Shown piece after piece: positions 29,348 to 38,055 of a stretch of DNA of 64,000 bases. Position 1 is the first letter of the stretch. Each line of letters opens with the position of its first letter. The DNA is from a bacterium (GTDB lineage Bacteria > Zhuqueibacterota > Zhuqueibacteria > Oceanimicrobiales > Oceanimicrobiaceae): assembly GCA_046758365.1 (NCBI GenBank), contig JBHIAC010000002.1, positions 25,920 through 89,919 of the forward strand, in the 5' to 3' direction. The notes under the pieces are model-generated. The model had not been told where the DNA came from, made no database searches, and was given only the letters and a program-made list of their open reading frames with translations. Both the position numbers and the translations under genes were made by a program.

Positions 29348-30520
29348 ATGCCGAAATTTCCCAATTTTTCCCAGCGAGTTCTCCAAATCACTGGCTCTGT
29401 TTTTGAAAAATTCCATGCGAAGATGGTAGCGCAAGGAGATAATTTAATCAAGCTGCACATCGGGGATACCTACCTGTCGCCGAAATATCCTCTGCCCGTG
29501 GATTCTGCTGTTATTGAAAAACACTGTGATTTCAATCGTTACTGCAATACCTTTGGTGTGGACCTTTTACGGGATGTTCTAGTGGCAAAACTGCAAACAG
29601 ATAATAATCTGCGAGTGGGAAAAGACCATGTTTTAATTACCAACGGCGCTACTAATGCGCTCAGTATTAGTGTCAAGAGTTTAGTAGACCCAGGTGAAGA
29701 CGTTTTGATTCTTACCCCCGCTTGGCCATTTTTCTTCGGCATGGTAAAAGTGGCTGGTGGCAAGAACCTCGAAGTGCCACTTTATGTACGGCTTTATGAA
29801 GCACCACAATTGGATATACAGGATTATCTTAGCCAATTTCTTACACCCAAAACCGTAGCATTGTATCTTAATACCCCCAACAATCCAAGTGGTAAGGTAC
29901 TCAATCAGGAACAGTTGCAGCAAATTGCCGAATTTGCTAGAAAGCACCAACTGTGGATCATTTCCGATGAAGCGTATGATGGTCTAACATTCGATAATCG
30001 TCCTCATATTTCTATTGCCAGTTTGCCCGTGATGTTTGAGCAAACGCTCAGCGTTTTCACCTTCTCCAAAAGTTTTATGTTTGCAGGATTGCGGTTAGGT
30101 TATATCGTTGCAAACAAAATGACTGTGAAGAATCTCAACAAAATCATGGTGCATCAGCTCTACAGTCCTTCTACTCTTGCCCAGTACATGATGGTTGAAC
30201 CTGTCAAGACCCGCCAGCAATGGATACATTCGGTGCAAAAACATTATCAAGACCTGCGTGATTTATTCGTAGAGAATTTAAAAATTGATGTTTGGAAACC
30301 AGAGGGCGCCTACTTTGTGTTTTTTTCTGCAACAAAATATTTGAAAGGTCGAGATTATTGGGAGCTCATCGAGACTTGTCTTGATGAAGGAGTTTCCGTA
30401 GCCCCCGGTGATAGTTTTGGTAAGGACTTTATCCAATATATCCGACTTTGTTTTACTGGGGAATCTCCAGAAAGACTCATTCAGGGGATTGAGCGGTTGA
30501 ATAAGATATTTTTATCTTGA
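29348..30520 (+). CDS. PLP-dependent aminotransferase class I/II
   Basis: NTPNNPSG, ISDEAY, FSKSFMFAGLRLG, PEGAYF, YIRLCF. Confidence 0.95.
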   Translation: MPKFPNFSQRVLQITGSVFEKFHAKMVAQGDNLIKLHIGDTYLSPKYPLPVDSAVIEKHCDFNRYCNTFGVDLLRDVLVAKLQTDNNLRVGKDHVLITNGATNALSISVKSLVDPGEDVLILTPAWPFFFGMVKVAGGKNLEVPLYVRLYEAPQLDIQDYLSQFLTPKTVALYLNTPNNPSGKVLNQEQLQQIAEFARKHQLWIISDEAYDGLTFDNRPHISIASLPVMFEQTLSVFTFSKSFMFAGLRLGYIVANKMTVKNLNKIMVHQLYSPSTLAQYMMVEPVKTRQQWIHSVQKHYQDLRDLFVENLKIDVWKPEGAYFVFFSATKYLKGRDYWELIETCLDEGVSVAPGDSFGKDFIQYIRLCFTGESPERLIQGIERLNKIFLS

Positions 30521-30549
30521 GATTTGCCGATTGAGATGTATAGCCGCCT

Positions 30550-30635
30550 ACCCCGCCTGCAAAGAAGAAATTTTTGAATAGAAATGGACTTTCAATAAAT
30601 AAGCAAAACGATATTCACGACCTTACAGGCGGGGT
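30550..30635. repeat. 86 bp element with 13 bp imperfect terminal inverted repeats between convergent genes
   Basis: ACCCCGCCTGCAA ... TTACAGGCGGGGT (12/13 complementary) around an AT-rich core. Confidence 0.5.
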
Positions 30636-30644
30636 TAAGCATTC

Positions 30645-31340
30645 TTATTCACTACCAGAAAGTGTAGACTCACTAATCTCAGCGCCAGTATTCACCAAGT
30701 TCATATCCTTACCATGGTCGCTGAAGTTGCCAGTGGTTGAGCCGATAGTTATCTCCTTAGCTGGGAAGGGATAAACAGGATTCAAAACTTTCTGTGGTGT
30801 AGCTGGGTCATTACCATAGACTAATGCTACTGAAAATTCTCCAAGGTCTCCTAGAGCAAGAGTATAATTTTTATTCTCATCCGTTGGTTTCTCGATCTTG
30901 ATCGATGTTTCTTTTATTCCCAATTGTTCACCCATGGTTGAGAAAGGAGCCGCAGAGAGGATTTCACGCAGGGCACTTTTCTGAGCTTCGGTAGCATTGC
31001 TGTCTATGTAGTAAGCTGAGTATTCAAATTGTGGTGCCGTGGATTTTCCAGTGAATTCACTAAAGAAAGCCCAGTTTACTCCGTCAAGTGATGTACCTTT
31101 ATGATTGCCCTCTACGATATGGACCGCACCAATAAACCGACAGTATCCATGATTTGGCTCTTGACCGAAGAGGCAGGGACAGGAAACAGAACAGTTATCG
31201 ACCACCACCATTTCAGTTTTCATGTTCCAGGCAGCTTCTTCACTAACAACTTCAGGCTTTTCTTCAGATGGCTGTTTTGCGCAGGTTATAAATAGCATCA
31301 ACAACAGAGACAGCATGAGACCCACTCCTTTTCTAATCAT
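30645..31340 (-). CDS. DUF1326-family putative metal-binding lipoprotein
   Basis: Lipobox-like FITC, NCSVSCPC...HGYC, LDGV, YIDSNATEAQKSAL; strong AAGGAGGT SD. Confidence 0.8.
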   Translation of the reverse strand: MIRKGVGLMLSLLLMLFITCAKQPSEEKPEVVSEEAAWNMKTEMVVVDNCSVSCPCLFGQEPNHGYCRFIGAVHIVEGNHKGTSLDGVNWAFFSEFTGKSTAPQFEYSAYYIDSNATEAQKSALREILSAAPFSTMGEQLGIKETSIKIEKPTDENKNYTLALGDLGEFSVALVYGNDPATPQKVLNPVYPFPAKEITIGSTTGNFSDHGKDMNLVNTGAEISESTLSGSE

Positions 31341-31499
31341 TTAAAACACCTCCTTTAAAGTATAGATTGGTTATTTATCGAAAGTGCTATGATGTATATT
31401 CTAGTAGAATAAAGTTGTAGCTTCATAAAATCTTCATACAATCAAAGATCATCACCTCCTTTCTCTATTCTTAAATATTGAATTTAAGATTGCTTCAGG

Positions 31500-31535
31500 C
31501 CGTTGGATACTTCCCGTAAGATATTTATCCAACGG
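31500..31535. terminator. Hairpin downstream of the nitrilase gene (terminator or REP-like)
   Basis: Perfect 10 bp inverted repeat CCGTTGGATA / TATCCAACGG. Confidence 0.45.
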
Positions 31536-31590
31536 GATAGAAATCCTACGTCCTAGAAGTTGAAATTATCTTGTTTTTGCACAACATCAT

Positions 31591-32553
31591 TCATTTTGTT
31601 TCAGAATCCCTGATTTGTATAACCGCATTGGGTTCACGGTTAACAGTAAATTTGAAGACATCGGGTCTAGCATAGTGTCCCGCCACATCGAATATCCATT
31701 TTGAGGCCGGGATGAGTTTATAGTCGATTTCTGCATACAGAATTTCTTCTTTCATTTTTACGGGACCGGCAATGAATTCACCTTTGGGATTGATAATGCA
31801 GCTATTTCCGGGATTAATCCATTCCTTGCCTTCAGGATATAGTGTTTTAAATTTGTAACGATTGGGGATGTCTTTCATATGAATAGCCATGCAGCATCCG
31901 ATAACGAACATACCACCTTCTCTTGCTATATGCCGTAGGCTCATTAGCCAGCTTTCACTTGAATCCCAGGTTGGAGCGACATAGATTTGCGTACCCCAGG
32001 CATACATGGCATTGCGGGCCAGTGGCATGTAATTTTCCCAACAAATTAATCCACCGAGTTTGCCGAAAGGAGTATCAAAAGCATTCAGTGTACTGCCGTC
32101 ACCTTGTGCCCACATCAAACGTTCACCTCCTGTTGGTACCAGTTTGCGATGCTTGCCCAAGATATTTCCTCGTGCATCGATATAGAGAAGTGTATTAAAA
32201 AGACTCGCATTGCTGGCTTCTGTGTTGCGTTCGTTTATCCCAATCACTACATGAATCTTGGAGTTCTTTGCAGCCCGGCAAAGCTGATTCGTTGCTTCAT
32301 CCGGGATGGTCACAGCGTTTTCAATTAACTCAGCATATAGCTCATTAAAAATGGCTTTCTTGCTGCCAGGCACGACCCAAACCCAGTCAGGATAAGTCGG
32401 GATAAAAACCTCTGGAAAAACAATTAATTTAGCATCTTTGCGTCCTGCTTCATTAATAAATTCGCATGCTTTTTCAACCGTAGCTTTTTGATCTAGAAAC
32501 ACAGGTGCGGCCTGTGCAGCAGCGACTATGAATGTTTTTTGGTTCTTTTTCAC
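31591..32553 (-). CDS. Nitrilase (carbon-nitrogen hydrolase family)
   Basis: Glu-Lys-Cys triad in FPEVF, HRKLVPT, ICWENYMP; C-terminal DVAGHYARPDVF. Confidence 0.95.
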   Translation of the reverse strand: MKKNQKTFIVAAAQAAPVFLDQKATVEKACEFINEAGRKDAKLIVFPEVFIPTYPDWVWVVPGSKKAIFNELYAELIENAVTIPDEATNQLCRAAKNSKIHVVIGINERNTEASNASLFNTLLYIDARGNILGKHRKLVPTGGERLMWAQGDGSTLNAFDTPFGKLGGLICWENYMPLARNAMYAWGTQIYVAPTWDSSESWLMSLRHIAREGGMFVIGCCMAIHMKDIPNRYKFKTLYPEGKEWINPGNSCIINPKGEFIAGPVKMKEEILYAEIDYKLIPASKWIFDVAGHYARPDVFKFTVNREPNAVIQIRDSETK

Positions 32554-32705
32554 TTCCTTCCCTCATTCTTTATTGTTGCGACAAAGTTTTTATTTACCAT
32601 TTGATACATACATTTTATAATTTTCCTCTATATAAATTAAGAAAAATGAAAGGGAAAATTTTGAATAATTTCTCATTTTTCTTCTCCTTTTCTATTTTAA
32701 GAGAA

Positions 32706-32790
32706 ACCTAAAGACCAAGCTCAGTCGCCGCTAACAATGCTGGCCACGGTGACTCGAATTACACCGAGTTTTTTACCGAGTACTGCTTGA
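32706..32790 (-). other. Decayed attC-like site (right half recognisable)
   Basis: Minus strand GCGGCGACTGAGC-TTGGTC-TTTAGGT resembles L'-spacer-R' with GTT changed to TTT. No clear left RYYYAAC box. Confidence 0.3.
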
Positions 32791-32826
32791 CAACTATTTA
32801 CTCATCTACGTAGTGTACAAAATCAC

Positions 32827-33530
32827 TTAATCAAGATTATAAATACGAACTGCATTATCATGACCAACTTTCTTTGCCAGCTCGGGCGGTAGCTGATCCA
32901 AAACAGACCATGTCTCCTTGAACGATTGGGGCATGCGTCGCGTAACTCCTGGAATCCCAACGAATTGGTCGCTGCCAATCATGAAGCGAGCAGGAAAATC
33001 ACTGATAAATTTCTTCCACTCCGGAAGGATCTTCCAGTCATTATCGACTATTCGGTTCGGCATCGGGTTTCCAGCCATATCGAACAAACGTTCTTCAAAC
33101 CTGAGGGCTAGATAGAGATTAGGGTGGGCCTCGAGCAGCGACTGCAAGAGGTCAATTGTCATATATCCGGTATTATCCCACCCAATGTATTGCCAAACAA
33201 TATTGGCTTTCCGGTTATGCAATAGTAAACGCTTTGGTTCCATGGATAAGTGGATTCAGGGTTGCGCCGCCTGCAACAAGATAGAGTCGGTTTGAATATT
33301 TCTCCACCGGCTCTAGATTATGCTGGTAATTGTAATTTACTTTTTCCATTTGTATTGAAACTTGGGGCGGGGGCATGATAAGTGCTTTGCCAACGCCATA
33401 CTGGTCCATCAAATCTATCAGATTCTTCGCAGCTTCACCGTAGTCCTTCATCTGGTCAAACCCAGATTGACGGCCGCCTTGCTCTCCTATTCGCTGAAAC
33501 TCTGGACTGTCCATCATCAAATGCAATCCA
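32827..33530 (-). pseudogene. Amidohydrolase-family pseudogene (frameshift, probable internal deletion, 5' end disrupted)
   Basis: Two overlapping ORFs in different frames: LMDQYGVGKALIMPPP...GGATLNP and RLLLHNRKANIVWQYIGWD...RFMIGSDQF...NAVRIYNL. The 5' end runs into a repeat. Confidence 0.75.
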
Positions 33531-33540
33531 GTAAATTTTA

Positions 33541-33833
33541 TTAGACGGGACATACAAGATATTACAGGATTATTTCTTATCAGATAATACACGTACTTTA
33601 CGTTTTATCTCTACCCCATTCTGACCAAAATTTAGAATTCTGCAAAATAGGGTGTACAACCTTTAGGTTGAGATTGTCATAGGCAGGCTGAAGTCTGTAC
33701 ACCCAATGAATAAGCAGATGAAGTCTCAAATTTTGAAGACAAAATAATTCAATGTCTTTTGAACCAATCATTTTGCCATTAATTATTTTGCCTTGATTAA
33801 TCAAATCATGAAAATCCTGTCCATCTTGTCTAA
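33541..33833. repeat. Inverted-repeat-bounded segment made of ACAGGAT/ATCCTGT units
   Basis: TTAGAC...ACAAGATATTACAGGATT (33541-33571) versus AATCCTGTCCATCTTGTCTAA (33813-33833). Confidence 0.5.
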
Positions 33834-34633
33834 ATTTTTAGCCGAGAGTCTTCTCTTCATTATTATGATCTGGATGAAAGCAACTTCTCATTTGTTTGAA
33901 CATTTGATTACCGATGGTGTATACAAAATTGTAGGGGCGTATAAAAAAAACATAATCGGAGGGTGAATGAACAACTCCTTTGTACTTTTCAATATAAAAA
34001 TTGGATATAATAATTATTTGTCTGGTAATTATTCTATATTGGAAATACCTAAGCAGATAGAAAAGTATTAATCGAGTCAGCAGGAGAGATTTCCTGATTT
34101 AGTATCCGTACTCTTTATGTTAATATGTCAAATTATAACAAAAATGTCAAGTGAAAATTTCAAATCACACGAAAGCCAACAACAAAAGACTGAAAGGTTT
34201 TTCTAAGGGCCTGCGCCAGAAATGCAGCGTTGCTATCTGGAGAAAATGCGAGAACTGTATGCCTTGAGGCGTGGCTGAAAACTTCAGTTTTGGAAATCCA
34301 CAAATTCTAATATATTGTTTTTTAGTTCATTTTTTTCCAAATATCGACTTTTCGGCTACGCCTCTAAGATCTGTCGTTTGTTACAGTGATATTAATGGTT
34401 TTATTAGGTGTCGCTGCCTATATAAGATGTCCAGAGTTTTTTCGACCGCTTCATAGGATCGCGACTCACCTTGACACAACAATCCAATCCTTGATTTATT
34501 TTTAAATGTTTGTTACATTCTTCTTTTGGGGGTATTAATAATATTAGTCAGCTTTGTAGATATGGGTAGAATTAATTTTAAAATTAAAAAAGTCGAATCA
34601 AGAGTTCCATTGAAAACTGTTTACAAATAATTC

Positions 34634-35383
34634 ATGCCAGAACTATTCAAACTGATATTGCTTGCTCTGCTTGGGATTTTCGCTGGTTTCTTAAATATCA
34701 CAGCGGGCGGGGGCTCTTTGTTAACTCTACCTTTTCTAATTTTCCTTGGGCTGCCGGTGTCTGTAGCTAATGGTACCAACCGAATTGCCATACTCATCCA
34801 AAACATTTTCGCCACCGCACGATTTTATCAGTTTAAAGTCATTCCCCAAGGCACGACTCTCGTTGCGGTTGTTCCAGCTTTAGCCGGCTCGATAATAGGG
34901 GCGCATCTTGCGGTGGATATCAACGAACTTCTTTTTAAGCGCATTCTTGCTGGCATCATGATTTTAGTGTTAGCTATTATGCTCTTTAATCCGGGTAGAA
35001 AAGTTCCCAATATCACCGTGTCTTTAAATACAAGTAGAAAGTTCTTTATGGCGCTCTCATTTTTTGGAATTGGCATTTATGGCGGGTTCATTCAAGCGGG
35101 CATTGGCTTTCTAATTATTATGATTTTAACAGCGGTTGGATACGATTTAGTAAGAACCAATGCTTTAAAAGTTTTGGTGGTTCTTATTTTCACACCTGTC
35201 GTATTATTTATTTTTATTTTAGAAGGTCAGGTTGATTTTGTTAAAGGCTTAGTCCTGGCAGCAGGCAGCACTTTAGGCGGCTGGATTGCTACTCGTTTTG
35301 TGGTCGAAAAAGGCCATCGGTTTATTCGGTGGATTGTGATGGTGGCGGGGGTAGGGTTTGCTGTGAAGTTGTTTTTAGGGTGA
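34634..35383 (+). CDS. TauE/SafE-family (TSUP) sulfite/organosulfur exporter
   Basis: AGFLNITAGGGSLL, ANGTNR, GIYGGFIQAGIG; multiple TM helices. Confidence 0.92.
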   Translation: MPELFKLILLALLGIFAGFLNITAGGGSLLTLPFLIFLGLPVSVANGTNRIAILIQNIFATARFYQFKVIPQGTTLVAVVPALAGSIIGAHLAVDINELLFKRILAGIMILVLAIMLFNPGRKVPNITVSLNTSRKFFMALSFFGIGIYGGFIQAGIGFLIIMILTAVGYDLVRTNALKVLVVLIFTPVVLFIFILEGQVDFVKGLVLAAGSTLGGWIATRFVVEKGHRFIRWIVMVAGVGFAVKLFLG

Positions 35384-35438
35384 AACATAAATTTATTACA
35401 AATTTTCACTGATCTAATTCCATGAAGTAAAAATGATG

Positions 35439-36425
35439 CTAATGATTGGAAGACGTATGTCCATGTAATGTGAGCAAATAAGCCATGAGATCATCCAACT
35501 GTTTCTCCGTTAATAATTCCGGGTAATTGCTAGGCATGAATGAAATGGTTTGAGTTTTATAGGTAACAATGTCATTTGTTCTAATTACAAAACGTTCATT
35601 GCTTTTGTTCTCCAAAATTAATTCATCCCCAGTTTCCTCTTTTATTATCCCAATGAAAATCCGGCCAGTTTTTGTTTTTACTAACGATTCTTCATAGCCG
35701 CTAATGATGTTAGAATTCGGTTGTACGATTTTATTGAAAATGTGCTGTGGGGTTCGAAAGCTGGCAATGGCAGTTAAATCCGGTCCAAGGTCGCTGCCTT
35801 GCGGCTGTCCTTCTGCATTTATTCCGATATGACAAGCCGAACAGGCCGCCGATCCTTCCGGATCGAAAAATAATTTGCGACCAGCTTCGACATCCCCCTC
35901 TATCTTGAATTTAAATGATTCAACAGGCTTTTCATAAGTGGTTAGTATTTTTTTTGGCAATTGGATTTCGTCAGGATTGGCTTCCCCTCCTAAATTTTCA
36001 AGGTAACAAATCACGGCTTTAATTTCAGACGGAGTTAAAGCAATAGGTGCCTTAAAAACTTCAGGCATTTCATCTTTGTACCCTGGTACAACAAATGCCC
36101 CCGGTTCAGCAATGCTTTGAACTAAATATTCGGTTCCGTTGTCAAGTGCCAATTTGGTAGCTCTTTGCTGGGCTCTAATGGCCATCATTGCGCCTTCTTT
36201 TCCTTCGCCTAAATTGGGGCCGCGCAAGGCATAGCCACGCTCCCCAACCCGATGGCACACATGGCAGCGCCCTTTTCCCCAAAAGATAGATTCACCTGTT
36301 TCTACACTAATCTCTGGAGTAGTTAGAGAAATATCTGCTACTTCAGGTAACGTCTTTATCCATTTATAAATAAAAAATGTGAGAATTAAAACTACCAGAA
36401 AAAGGGTGGCAATCTTTTTGAACAC
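35439..36425 (-). CDS. Membrane-anchored di-heme c-type cytochrome
   Basis: CHVCH and CSACH heme motifs, GPNL/GPDL, distal MP ligands. Confidence 0.9.
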   Translation of the reverse strand: MFKKIATLFLVVLILTFFIYKWIKTLPEVADISLTTPEISVETGESIFWGKGRCHVCHRVGERGYALRGPNLGEGKEGAMMAIRAQQRATKLALDNGTEYLVQSIAEPGAFVVPGYKDEMPEVFKAPIALTPSEIKAVICYLENLGGEANPDEIQLPKKILTTYEKPVESFKFKIEGDVEAGRKLFFDPEGSAACSACHIGINAEGQPQGSDLGPDLTAIASFRTPQHIFNKIVQPNSNIISGYEESLVKTKTGRIFIGIIKEETGDELILENKSNERFVIRTNDIVTYKTQTISFMPSNYPELLTEKQLDDLMAYLLTLHGHTSSNH

Positions 36426-36428
36426 GGC

Positions 36429-36512
36429 TTAATAGCAATTAAAACCAATTTTTCTTAAAGTGGCGCCGAGTTCGCTGTGTATATCTTTGTCGATGAAGAG
36501 TTTGATTTTCAT
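36429..36512 (-). pseudogene. Truncated DUF5615/PIN-like toxin (27 aa remnant)
   Basis: ATGA overlap with the DUF433 stop. MKIKLFIDKDIHSELGATLRKIGFNCY* resembles a PIN-like N-terminus; not in the ORF track. Confidence 0.65.
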
Positions 36513-36817
36513 TTCGTTATTTCATATTTACCATAAGGATAATTTTTTTCCCAATATTCTTCATCGTTGTTAAGCTTGAGTTGTTCGTCGATCTCATCTT
36601 TATGATCATAATAATAAGATAGCGCATCATAAACTTGAGCGTGCGTAATGTGAGGAATGATCTCAATAATTTGATCAATGGAATATTTGAGATTAAAATG
36701 GTATCCGACAATCGCCCAAACGGGAACTCGAGTGCCAATAATGATGGGTTTTCCACCACAAACACCCTTGACTTGAGTGATGTAAGGATGTTTAATTTTT
36801 CTTGCAGCTTGTCCCAT
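36509..36817 (-). CDS. DUF433-domain protein (putative antitoxin)
   Basis: VCGGKPIIIGTRVPVWAIV...PHITHAQVYDALSYY. Confidence 0.93.
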   Translation of the reverse strand: MGQAARKIKHPYITQVKGVCGGKPIIIGTRVPVWAIVGYHFNLKYSIDQIIEIIPHITHAQVYDALSYYYDHKDEIDEQLKLNNDEEYWEKNYPYGKYEITK

Positions 36818-36869
36818 GTAATCTAACTCCTTTTACAAGTACAATTCACTTATTTTCAAATAGGTTTTC

Positions 36870-36898
36870 AATATAAACTATTTTGCAAAAACAGTCAA
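36870..36898 (-). promoter_or_regulatory. Sigma-70-type promoter for the DUF433 gene
   Basis: TTGACT-N17-TATATT. Confidence 0.6.
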
Positions 36899-37130
36899 GA
36901 AAATCATAAAGCTAGAAATCCGGTCGGAAAATAGATCTTTGGCGTATTGTATCTCACCACTTTGTCACGCTTCTTAACTCAGCGGTCTGTCAGGAGGAAT
37001 CTTTTTAATTGAAAAGATTACCACTAAAATAAAGATTAAACCTACATTTGGTAAACTGACTGTAGAGCTGTGGTGTTATTGGCAGCTTTTCCCATTGATT
37101 TGGGAAGATTCTTGCAGAATGACACCCATA

Positions 37131-37172
37131 AAAAGAGTAAAGGGTGTGTTCCTTATTAATGGAAACACACCC
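37131..37172 (-). terminator. Rho-independent terminator of the cytochrome operon
   Basis: GGGTGTGTTTCC-ATTAATAA-GGAACACACCC followed by TTTACTCTTTT. Confidence 0.75.
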
Positions 37173-37208
37173 ATTCTTGATAACTTTTAATCTAATGTGG
37201 CAAGATGA

Positions 37209-38018
37209 TTAGAGTGAAGCACTAGCGGTTCCGGCAGCAAATTCAAAGTTAGCTTCAACAACAGCCCCTTCTGTTACTGTGACTTCTGCCGTTCGGGTGC
37301 CTAATGTCTCTTGCCAATACTCTAAAGTATAGGTACCAGCAGGTACATCGGTCAGTTCGAAATTACCATTCTCATTGGTGACGGCATAATATGGATGCTC
37401 TACTACAATAATGTAACTATCCATCCAGTTATGAACGTCGCAGGCTACACGGATGACTTCAGGTTCATTAAAAGTTTGAGTCATCTTCTTTTTAAAGCCC
37501 GGCTGAGCTACGTTTATAGGGGTATTTTTTTCACTGAAGGTATGAATATTATGCAATATACCATCACTGTTTAATATAGTAAGATCGGTTCCTGTCGGAA
37601 CTATAACAACATGAGGTTTAAAAGTACAGCCATTTTGATCTAACTCAAATTTATTTCCCAAAACATCCATCGATTTTCCTTTGTTAAGAGTCGTAATGCT
37701 GACTACTACATTTGCGACACCTTTGTTGCGGGAGACTACCAAATCTTCTTTATAATGTGGCATTTTTCCACAAACGTTTACATCTTTGGTTATTTCAAGC
37801 TTTTGTTTGGGTGGAATGGTGCCAGCAAACGTAACAGTGCCTTTAATAGTGCCTCCATTCGTTACAGTCATGGCTTGATAACCACCGGCTTCAGCCATTG
37901 TCTCAACTTCTTCAGTCACTTCTTCACTTGGTTTTTCAGCTTTCTTCTCACCTCCCCCGCAACCAATGAGAAAAGAGATGAAAGCAAGTACAATCAACAG
38001 GGATAAAATTTTTTTCAT
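37209..38018 (-). CDS. Lipoprotein with cupredoxin-like and carboxypeptidase-regulatory-like domains
   Basis: Lipobox LIGC; DQNGCTFKPH, ILHNIH, CDVHNWM (type-1 Cu-like His/Cys/His/Met), VPAGTYTL. Confidence 0.85.
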   Translation of the reverse strand: MKKILSLLIVLAFISFLIGCGGGEKKAEKPSEEVTEEVETMAEAGGYQAMTVTNGGTIKGTVTFAGTIPPKQKLEITKDVNVCGKMPHYKEDLVVSRNKGVANVVVSITTLNKGKSMDVLGNKFELDQNGCTFKPHVVIVPTGTDLTILNSDGILHNIHTFSEKNTPINVAQPGFKKKMTQTFNEPEVIRVACDVHNWMDSYIIVVEHPYYAVTNENGNFELTDVPAGTYTLEYWQETLGTRTAEVTVTEGAVVEANFEFAAGTASASL

Positions 38019-38055
38019 AATGTTCCTCCTCTTACCTATAAATGTATTGTATTAT

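Noticed and set aside
31420..31465. Orphan perfect SD (AAGGAGGTGA, minus strand) upstream of the DUF1326 gene
   Set aside because: Followed only by reading frames of a few codons; probably a remnant of a lost gene.
33215..33243. Programmed frameshift joining the two amidohydrolase ORFs
   Set aside because: No slippery heptamer is evident, and the joined product would still lack central barrel strands and a proper N-terminus.
33598..34456. ORFs 33598-33804 (-) and 34271-34456 (+)
   Set aside because: Non-ATG starts, no recognisable family, and they lie in repeat-rich or decayed DNA.
36963..37124. Degenerate TGTCA...GAGGAATCT / AGATTCTT...GAATGACA REP-like element
   Set aside because: Too decayed to define boundaries or function from a single copy.
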